From NCBI RefSeq assembly GCF_001194135.2, contig NC_068984.1, forward strand, positions 140,418,915 to 140,482,914: a stretch of 64,000 nucleotides of DNA, written 5' to 3'. Positions 50,619 to 61,539 of this stretch are shown here, piece after piece; within the stretch, counting starts at the first letter, position 1; each line of letters begins with the position of its first letter. Below the pieces are notes generated by a model. That model was not told the DNA's origin, did no database searches, and saw only the letters and a program-made list of their open reading frames with translations. Origin of the DNA: Octopus bimaculoides (lineage: Eukaryota). The position numbers and the translations under genes were made by a program.

Positions 50619-50820
50619 CATCATCATCATCGTTTAACGTCCGCTTTCCATGCTAGCATGGGTTGGACGATTTGACTGAGGACTGGTGAAACCGGATGGC
50701 AACACCAGGCTCCAGTCTGATTTGGCAGAGTTTCTACAGCTGGATGCCCTTCCTAACGCCAACCACTCAGAGAGTGTAGTGGGTGCTTTTACGTGTCACC
50801 CGCACGAAAACGGCCACGAA
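50619..50820 (-). mobile_element. young RTE LINE 3'-UTR fragment
   Basis: First 84 nt are identical to 18699-18782. Contains GTGGTTGGCGTTAGGAAGGGCATCCAGCTG on the minus strand. Confidence 0.85.
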
Positions 50821-52209
50821 AATGGTTAATATCTTATCTTGTTAAACAACCAATTAACACAAACAGTCAGTTTTGCTGCGTTTAATAATACAGGCATGTA
50901 TCCAAAAATAAAAAAAAATTACCTCTCCATAGAATTATAAATGCACAACACTGAATTTTTCAACTGCATTTAAATATAAGATCTATTAAAGTCAGCAAAC
51001 ACCCACAATTATGAAAGAGGAAGAAATTTTAAGCAATTTTATAATTAATAAAACCGATACCAAATCAGCCATGAATTGCAATTTACAGTAGTATCATAGA
51101 ACAGTTGATGAACAAATCGTTAATGAATTCAAATTAAGTTGTATGAATAATTTCTGGAAACCAGAGCATCCACCTTAGTTTTCCTTTATAACAACTGTCC
51201 TGCAACAATTTAAATTAAATATTAACCACATTAATTTACACATAATTAACCTCTATTGTCTAGTCCGAGGGAACCACAAGAGGAGTACATAGAAAAGTTC
51301 TAAAGCAATGGAATTTATTTTTAAAAATGCAAACAAGCCAACAAGAGAAGCTTTGCAGGACATTCAGCCTGTAAAAGCAGCAACAAATTCCCCTCAAACC
51401 TCAATCCAGGGACATCAGATCTAATTCAGAGTACACTATACCTTAATTACAAAAGAGAGAAAGAAAGAAAGATTGGATAGCTTGATGAGGGTCCTCAAAT
51501 GAAACAACAAAACCTCCAAACACTGGTTGTTGATATTTCCTAAACGAATCAACAGTATCTCCAAAGAAGTAAATAGTGGTGATGAGGTGTCCAGGTGGTA
51601 TCTCAAGGTAAATAAGGTGAGAAGTGAGTTGGGACGGACAAACTAGGAAAGTGAGTAGGCAGGACTTTGCAGATATATGTGTACACACACACACAGCAGA
51701 CTTGGTAAAGTTTCTGCATACCAAATTCAAAAAGCATTGTAGATTTAAAGGTGGAGCCAAAGGATCTACTATGAAGGAATAGGTGGTCATCATTGGATTC
51801 AATGGACATCTGTAAAGAAAAAAATAACTAAAAGTGCTCACATGCTCTAAACTATCCAACTCTACTTGTCTGGTGCACTTAACATTATGAAGTACAGTAA
51901 GTAGGATCGCATAACAATATTCTTAGGAAATGTAGGTTGTGGTGGTGATGGTGGGACTAAGAACGTAACAAAATTCTATGTATGTGAGTATTGAGCATAA
52001 CTGCAAAATTGTGAATGGAATCCTAACATATTGTAACAAATTTTGGTGCACATTAAAAATGAATAATAATTAGAATGGAACAAAATTTCCTCTTGTTTAT
52101 TTAGTTGAAAAAAATTCAGTATTATGTGTATTAATATACATGTAACAGAATAAAGGTTCAATCCAAACTATAACAAAATGAAAAGATAGCATCATCTAAA
52201 TAAATGAAT

Positions 52210-52596
52210 CTTTTATCTTTCGCTCGCTTCAGTCATTAGACAAAGGCCATGCTGGGGCACTGCTTTGAAGAATTTTAGCCAATGAATCAACCCCATACTT
52301 AATTTTTTAAGCCTGGTATTTATTTTATCGGTCTCTTTTGCTGAACTGCAAGCGATGAAGATGTAAACACACCAACACCGGTTGTCAAGCAGTGGTGGAG
52401 GGACAAACATACATACACACACATATGTACAACAGGCTTCTTTCAGTTTCTACCAAATTAACAAATTAATTTACAAGGCTTTAGTCAACCTCTGGCTACA
52501 GTGGAAGACATTTGCTCAAGGTGTTGTGCAGTGGGACTGAACCTGGAACCATGTGGTTGGGAATCAAACTTCTTACCACACTGCCACGCCTGCACC
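52210..52596 (-). mobile_element. family B1 SINE
   Basis: Reverse complement of the 48103-48530 architecture. Confidence 0.85.
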
Positions 52597-53254
52597 TAAA
52601 TAGATTGTAAACATGGTTTCATACTTTGTTGTCGTGTTCAGATTTAGTCCAAAAGTTAGAGCAAAAGCACCATGAGCTTTACAAATGTCTGAGACAATAT
52701 GGAGTTAGTTTACTTGTAATGTAACCTGAAGACTGCTTTATTAGCCAACAGTGCTAAGCTGAAATACCACCGACACTGAACAGGGATTCTCTCAGTGAAG
52801 GGGAACCATGCAGCTATGCAAATGTATGTGCAGGACTGGCCAAAATTCTTTCAAAGAAGATTAGCAGCTGCCCATTCATGAAATTCACCGGATGTCTATC
52901 CAAAGGAAATGCCACCAATTTGGGCAGATACAGTTTAACATCAATGTTGTTGCAGGCACTGCTCTCAACATGCAAATCATCACTTTAATGTCCCCTTTTG
53001 CCTGCTTGTATGGGTCAGAGTTTATTGAAGTAGATAATTTACAACCAGATGCCCTTCCGGTCTCAACCTTTGCCTACATCGAAACAAGGTAATGTTTTCG
53101 CAGGACATTGGAAATAAACAACATTGTTTGTATGACAGTGACACTCATTTACATATACGATAGGCTTCTTTCAGTTTCCATCTACCAAATCTACTCACAA
53201 TGCTTTGTTTGGCCTGGAACTGTAGTGGAAGACACTCACCCAAGTTGCAAATAT

Positions 53255-53454
53255 CCTTTTCTACTCTAGTCACCAGGCCCGAAATTTTGGGGGAGGGGCT
53301 AGTCAACTAGATTGACCCCAGTACGCAACTGGTACTTAATTTACCAACCCGCCAAAAGTATGAAAGGCAATTTGAACTCAGAACGTAAAGACAGACGAAA
53401 TACCGCTAAGAATTTCGCCCACCATTACTAACGTTTCTGCCAGCTCACAACCTT
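53255..53454 (-). mobile_element. family C SINE with an alternative tail, inserted into a family B SINE
   Basis: Same head as 47737 but a CCCCTCCCCCAAAATTTC tail. 15-bp TSD CCAAG(T/G)TGCAAATAT. Similar copies at ~2499-2625, 11963-12150 and 54700-54890. Confidence 0.85.
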
Positions 53455-54955
53455 CCAAGGTGCAAATATTATCAAGTAAATAAACAATCTAATCCAGATC
53501 TCTAACCCCCAACACCAAGATCATTATTCAAATTCCTTATAAAAGAAGGGTAATCAGACTAAACACATGCCATAACAAAACTAATTACTGCACAAAAGGA
53601 TAAGCTCTATGGCATTTTGTTCGACATTTATCTTTCAGTGACCAGTTTCTAATTATCTTTTTAATATTAATAGAGAACGCAGTTAAAAAAATGCCTCCTT
53701 TTCTATTTATTTTATTAGCCCAAATGCTATCAATATAATTGTTCAATTAGTGACATATTTAATATCTACCTGCATATCAAACAAAGACACCTTTATCTAA
53801 ATAAAATGCTGGTGAGACCACAAAATGGTTATAAGGTTTTCTATTCCATACTTGTGAAACAATGAAAACAAAAACCTATAAGAAGGGTCTTCATGTACAA
53901 CAATGCATTAAGTTGATATTTCAGAATTTCACATTAGAAGCTTAAAACTTGGTGTACATACGTATATATAGAGAGATAAACAGACAGGTACATACAAAGC
54001 CAGACAGATAGACAGATACATACAAAGGCAGACTGATAAGAGATAGATTAGTGTTTCTGAAACTAGGTAAATAATAGATATTACTAATACCATTGATTAA
54101 TAACTTAAAGCTTGATTACGAGCATGTGAAAACAGTGACCAGAGAAGAATTTAGCCAACCATGCATAATTTCAATACCTTAACAGCTGAAGAGCTTGTTT
54201 AATATCTGCAACAGTATTTTCTCACATTCACTATTTCCTAAGACGACCTTACAACCTGTGTAAGGGTTTCAACAAAATCATAAAACTGGTTACTGAGCTG
54301 TTGTAAAAAAAAAGGATCTTTTCAAATTATCACAACTAAGTAAAATGAAATATCGATGGGACAGCTGTGTCGATATAGAGTTCACTTCATAACTATATGG
54401 TTTCAGACTTTAGTACCTGAATGGCCTCAGAGCAACCAATGTCTTCTGAGCAGAAGTGATAGAATTTGTATGGAAATCTATCATGTGTGTACATGTATGT
54501 TCACATCTGTGCTTCTTGGAGAGAGAAAAATTCGCTTCACTAAAAGCAGTGACCCTTTTTGCTATTTCTACTCTCAACAATTCAAGCACTGGCTTTGTGC
54601 TTTCAAAGATGTGTAGAATAAGAGTTCACTTGGAAGGGTTAGCAAAAGGAAGAGAATTTAGCTGTAAAACAAGGCCTCAATGATATATTTGTCTAAGGCA
54701 GCAAGCCAGCAGAATTGTTAGCATGTCGGACAAAATGTCTTGCAGCATTTTGTTCATATTTATGTTCTGAGTTCAAATGCTGCCGAGGTCAACTGTCTTT
54801 CATCCTTTCAGGGTTGATAAAATAAGTGCTGATTGAGTACTGGGGGTCAATGTGATTGATTTACCCCACCCCGAAATTGCTAAAATTTGAAATCAATAAT
54901 AAATTTGTCTAATCCATACTAGTATGGAAAAATATAAAAGCAAACAATATACACA

Positions 54956-54956
<1 letters not shown>

Positions 54957-54988
<32 letters not shown>
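54957..54988. repeat. (GT)n microsatellite
   Basis: Direct reading. Confidence 0.95.
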
Positions 54989-54991
<3 letters not shown>

Positions 54992-55619
54992 ACACTTATT
55001 CTATGAGCAGATAATTCAAATGCTCAAACAACTGAATCCTCATCACAAACCTAATGGAGATCCATTTTCTCCATTATCATGTTATTAATCTTAGAATAAA
55101 GAAATAGCAAGCTTAAATATTACAACCCAGTTTTAATTCCCACTTAGGTGCAGGCATAACCGTGTAGTAAGAAGTTTGTTTCCCACGGTCATAGTTTTGG
55201 GTTCAGTTCCTTTGCATAGCACCTTGGGGAAGCGTCTTCCACCATAGCTCTGTGAGTCAATCTGGTAGATGGAAACTGAAAGAAGCCCGTCATATATTAG
55301 TGTGTGTGTGTATCTGATATCATGGGATAGCCGTAAGCAAGTGTCACTCTCATGCAAGCGGTGTCCTTTGTTTCCAGCCTGCCAAGACACATCAGGTCGT
55401 GGGGAATTATTACCTTACCTGGAAACAAGACAGACATCTGGTTGTGGAAAATCTGGCTCATGAAAATCCATCCAACTCATGCAAGCTTGGAAAAGTGAAG
55501 TTAAAACTATGATGATGACACCTGATAAGTAAATAATAATTCTTTCTACTATAGGCACAAGGGCTGAAATTTTGAGGGAGAGGCTGAGTCAATGACATCA
55601 ACCCCATAAAGATATGGTA

Positions 55620-55829
55620 CCTGACAAGGATTCTAGATTATTTTCCCTGTTTTTTTTTTTTTTATAACTTAATTTTTGAGAGTGGTCAGGTTAATTTTTA
55701 GTATTCTCATCTGTGAGATTGGTTGAGTTTATTTCAGATATTCTCATTTTAAAAATCATCTCTGGCTAATCGTTGAGAGGACGCTGGTGTTGCCTTGGCG
55801 GAAGTTTGCGCTCTCTGAGCACTCGTTTT
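55620..55829 (+). mobile_element. 3' end of a Helentron/HINE-like rolling-circle element
   Basis: CCTTGGCGGAAG subterminal motif (55793-55804), GCGCTC-TCT-GAGCAC stem-loop (55808-55822) and a T-rich end. No matching 5' motif found; 5' boundary approximate. Confidence 0.45.
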
Positions 55830-57254
55830 ATTAATTAATTTGCTGCTTTCTGGAATTAGCAGCCTTGATTGAGACCAAGCTCACCAGTAGTAGCAGATAT
55901 TATCCCATGAAGTACAATCTCAGCCAACCATGGTACTGATTTCTCTTTTCTCTACTATGCTTCCCAGTACCCCCCCCCCNNNNNNNNNNNNNNNNNNNNN
56001 NNNNNNNNNNNNNNNNNNNNNNNNNNNNNNNNNNNNNNNNNNNNNNNNNNNNNNNNNNNNNNNNNNNNNNNNNNCCGCCCCCTCCCTCTCACATGCCTTA
56101 TTTTCTTCATTGATGTCATTTGAAAATATGGGAACTGGAACAAATTTTATATTCATAAGAACACAGGTTCTTTAATTGATCTGAGAAAATATGAGGGGGA
56201 AGACTAAACGAACTGATAAAGAGAGAAGGGTTGAGGAGAGGCAATTAACAAGCTCTAATTACATGACACAGCAGAAGCAGACTGCCATAAACATGTCTAT
56301 AAAATCATTCTTGCCACACCTGTCAGGTGTTTGTTTTGTTTTGTTTTAAATAACTAATGACAGTAGATGTGAATTTATGCTTTGGATTACTGTACTGAAA
56401 TGAGATTGATTTAAAAAAGAAAAAAAACTAACAATCAAAGAATTTCATATCAAACCCCCACCAAGTATCACAACAAAATATGAGAACATATTAGTTGTTA
56501 TAGTTTCTAGTCAGAGGAAAATGGTCTCCAACTAATATACATTTAACAGTTATCTTAGAAAATAACAAGAGTTTCTTTTTTTTAAATGACACTTGTCTTT
56601 TTAGTGTTCAATAAATTACTACTGGACATAATAGCTTCCACTCTGACAAGTGACCTACTAAATCACCAATATCATATCAAACTGTTGCCACCAATGTATA
56701 AACGGTTCAGCAAATAAGAAGCTAAAAGAATCAACATAAACATGGCAGTGTGATAAAGCATTTCACTTCCCAACCATGCGGTTTTAGGTTCAGTCCCACT
56801 GCACAGCACTTTGGGCAGCTTCTACCATAGCTCCAAGCCAAACAAAACCTGTGAGAGAATTTGATCGATGGAACCCAAAAGGACCCTATCATATATCATC
56901 ACTACTAGCATTTTTAACACCTACTTTTCCATGCTTGCATTGGTCAGCTGAAGTTTACTGAGTTTGACTTTGTATGACCGGATGCCCTCCCTGCTGCTAA
57001 CTCTCACCTGTTTCCAAGCAAGGTAATAATTCCCTATGGCCAGAATATTGGAAATGAATGACACTGCCTGCATAACAATGACATTCGTCTGCAACTATCA
57101 CTCAATGCCAAGACAAGGACACCCACATAAATATAAATACTCAATGCGCTTTTTTCAATTTCCATCTACACAATCCACCTTCAAGGCTTTGGTGAGCCAG
57201 GGGGTATAGTAGACGACAGTTGTCAAAGATGTCACACAGTAGAACTGAAGTCAA

Positions 57255-57317
57255 AACCATGTGGTGAGGAAGCAAGCTTTTTAACCATGTGGTGAGGAAG
57301 CAAGCTTTTTAACCATG
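57255..57317. repeat. perfect 28-bp tandem duplication in a SINE head
   Basis: AACCATGTGGTGAGGAAGCAAGCTTTTT twice, then AACCATG. Confidence 0.95.
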
Positions 57318-57999
57318 TTTACATTTGTGCTTCTCCAAAAATCAATGAGCAGCAAGCAGTTATGTGGCTATCATTTTCCCAGCCAAGAAATAAACTGTTG
57401 ATCTTTGCAACTTCAAAAGCATGTAGCATAAGAGATTCCTTATTGGAAAAAGTTAACAGTTATACCTAAACACTATTTGTCTAACCCATGCTAGCAGGGA
57501 AAAATCAACTTAATAAACAAACAGAAAGTGCAGAGAGAAGGATAAGTATTTCCATCTAAAGCAAAACGAAAACATCTTTTGTTTTTTCTTTTCTTTTACT
57601 TGTGTCAGATATTGAACTGTGGCCATGCTGGGGCACTGCCTGAAAGGTTTTAGTCAAACAGATCAACACTCATTTTAAGTCTGGTACTTATTCTATCAGT
57701 ATCTTTTGCCAAACTGCTAATTTACAGGGGACATAAACAAATCATCATTAGTTGTCCCCACCCTCCAATTAATTAACTGCAGCAGCTGTCAACATTTATG
57801 AACCACATTTTCTATTTGTCTATCAACGATACATTTCTATCGATTGAGCCTATGCAGAGAATAATTCCGCTAATTCCTGGAATAATTTCTTTTTTTTCAT
57901 ACATATGTACATATTCTTCACACTTACTACGAGATTGTGACACAGAGGTTAAAAATCAATGAAATCAATCAAATAAGAAATCCAGATGCTATGTTAAAT

Positions 58000-59148
58000 A
58001 AAACCCGTCCAATATGCACGGAGAAAATAAAATCTGAACTAAATGATGAAAATTAAAAACATAGAAGACGAAGACAATGTCTGAAGAAATATGAATATAT
58101 AATTCTCAAAGTAGTTCGTTTCTAAGATTCACAACAAATGTAAGTTTAAGCTTGTCATCATATCAATACAGTAAAGAGGACAGATGTGCTCGTCTACACA
58201 CACACAATATTCAATTTATTACGCAAATATAACTGGATGATTTTTTTAAAGAGCTAATTTGTACATGGACATAGTATTGTTTGCACAACTGGATCTCTTT
58301 ACTACAATCAACAATAAAAGAGTAGCATCTATTTTTAGCCAAACGAAATTGAGACAAAATTCAAGTGACTTCCTCTCCGTATCTAATAAAGTTTGAATTC
58401 ATTATCAGCAGTTAGTAATTACAACACCTAAAACTGTGTAGCATCATGACTTAAAAGATAGCCGAATCTACTCATCATTTACCGCTGCTTTCAATGTCTC
58501 TAACTCGTGGATCAAATTTAACTATCTAACAGTTATTTTGAAGATGTGTGTGAGACACAGAACATGTGTATGAGTGCGATAAGCACTGGGTGTCTGTAGA
58601 AAATGAACCAGGACATTGTTTTTATTTTAACCCTAGATAACCGATGACTGTCCACCCACATCCGATATGTAGAAATAATTAAAATACGTAAAACTAAAGG
58701 AATCTTTCCTGACCCGTCCCTCACAAAAAGAGCACCTGTTTACATCGACTAACTTCTGTATTGCCTTACACATTCAATATATATATATATATTTTAAATA
58801 AATGTTTAGTTTGAAAACCAGTGAAAGAGGAAGTAAGATTACATTAAGGCTGAATTAATGACTCAGAGGATCAAAACTAAGATTATCCACAAACGAGTAA
58901 ATGAGACGAAAAAGGAGCTGACATACAAAGAGAACGAAAAAAGCATAAAAGACAAGGCGAAACTCTCCACTCCCCTATAAAGTAAAAATAATGAATGAAA
59001 CGGACTCATGCGATATATGCTTGAGAAAATAGGAAATAGCGGGGGAAATGTGAAAGGAGAAGAGGACATTGGGCCTTCAATCGCATTATAAACTTGGGAA
59101 GGCACGGACGAAACTCTATCCGCTGCTTCTTTTATGCACGTACGCTGT

Positions 59149-59185
<37 letters not shown>

Positions 59186-61493
59186 GGACACATGCAGCAA
59201 AGCATATGTTAACCCTTCATATAAATAAAATAAACTAAGCACAGTTCAATCTGACTTTAGTATTGAGGATGATGAAAAGATGTAAAAACTTTTGCAGAAT
59301 TGTCGGAAACCAAAATAAACAAAGAAGATCAAAGACAGATTTAAAAAGAACTACTGAAGTATCAAAACTAGACTTTTCCTCAGCCATTAAGTCAAAAAGT
59401 TTGCGATGTCACAGAAAAGCGGTTGACAAAAAAAAAACGCCTTGAGATAGTAAGGTCTACGTTCAGAGCTCGAATCCCAGATTTTCTACTTCCGGGATAC
59501 CTAAAATAAGTACCAGCCCATATAATCGATTGTATCTCTCGCCATTTACAATAATAGAAATTTTTTATGATGCAAATAATGTGGTTAAATTCAAACAACT
59601 AAAATGTCTTCTTAAATGTGGAGCCTTGTATCATTGAGCGCTGGTGGAGATAGAGTTAATCTGCCCAAAACAATGTCAGTTCGCTTACGAAAGCAGATTA
59701 AGGAAATGCAGGAAGATCACAACATGCTCTCTGCTCTTATGAGGTTTTCGTGTCGATGACATGACCGTTAGACTGGTCTATGGGATAGACAAAAAATAAA
59801 AAGCAAACAAAAAACACGTTAAAGCAATATTTCTGGGTTCGATCCTCGATAGAAGGTAGCTGCTTTGGCTTTGATGAATTTGACAAAGGGAATGTAGAAC
59901 TACGGTCGTCACCACACAGGTCCCATTTTTGCAAAGAGAAAATAATTGTAAAAGCAATTTTCCATAGAGAACTGGCTTCATTTTGGGATAATACTAACTT
60001 TCGGCGAGACACAGACATTGCAATCATCTTATCATCTTGTATTTCTCTCCACATAACAGAAAAGCGAAAAAACAGTTTCCTTTGAGCCATCGAAAGCCTA
60101 TACGTGGTCGTTCTGCTTGAAATAACAGCCAGACCGCTCAAATCACATCCTATCGTCTTAGAAGAGGACATGTTGGAAAAAGTGGTCCGAACATCTCAAG
60201 CACATAAGAAAAACAAAAAGACTGCAGTTGGATATATATATATGATCAGGTTTGTTCGATCAATGTTGACCTGGGGCGAAACAACCAAATTCTAAGCCTA
60301 CAAGGCGAGATAGGAGAAGCAATGGAACTCCAAATAAATGACTTTTAGTATTTCAGCGCCCCTACTTTAAAAAAAAAATATTCAAACTAAACCCTTTTAA
60401 ATTCTGCCCAGTACTGAAATCAAAACTCCACACCTTTGTTTAGTCTTAAAAAAAAAAGTAAAAGTAGAACAGTTATCATAATCATTATGATGATGATGAC
60501 AATAACGAGAGAGCTTTGTGCAACGTTAAGATCTCAAGGAACCAAGAACGCAATGAGGTTTCTTCCTATTTCCAGTCGAAACCGCTTCCGACTGGTTGCC
60601 AAAGTCTAAGAGATAAAATTAAAGAAATGAAAAGCATGAACGTCGTCACATCGCCCTCTTAGTCTGCACTGAAATATTCCGAGTATTTATCGCTTATGTA
60701 AGAAATGAGAAATATCATTGTTATCTTTTTCTTCTTCCGATACGATAACCTAATAAACGAGTGGGTGTCAGTGGTTGATAAAACAAGAGTTGGTAGCAGT
60801 AGTAATAGAGGTGATGTGCTTGGTGGTCGTCACTCGACGCTACTAACACCATGGTTAGTTGGTGGTGGTTTACACAACCAACCAACCTATATCGATGACA
60901 CCATTTATCACAACACAACTTATAACTTCATTATACACACACACATACAAACAAGCACGCATTAATTTCCAACGACATTCACACTGTTGTATCATTTTCA
61001 GAAAGTAAGTAATGGGTAACGAAGCCAATCCAACTAAGCAAACTATTAGTAGCCGCCGATAAGTAAAAGGAAGAAAAAAAAAGTCCATATCTTCTATGTA
61101 AAGTTTTACTAAAATACATACTTCGATATACAACCGTATATAAAAATATTTCTAATTCACGATCCTCGTCACTCGAAATACTTTTTTATTTGTAGTACCG
61201 AGACGAAGAGGGAAAAAGTTAAAAGTAAAACGTGTATGCGTGGCTACTGGTGTCATTAGCGATGGCCAACATTTTCGTGGAGAGAAAGAGGAGATATTTT
61301 ATATATAAAATAACCACACACACGTATACGCACATACAAAAGCCATCAATAATTACAGAAGTCCTTTTTATTTTTTCCCCTTACTATATATATAATATAT
61401 ATATATACACACACAAATGAATATTAATGAAGGCCGTATACACACACAGTGTAAAGGCCTTGAAATTGATGGATGTATATATGTATGTCTGTG

Positions 61494-61539
<46 letters not shown>

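Noticed and set aside
59737-60171. 144-aa ORF (MSSSKT...) as YTHDF first exon or a separate gene
   Set aside because: No recognisable homology, and its only good donor (59998) is phase 2, incompatible with exon 2.
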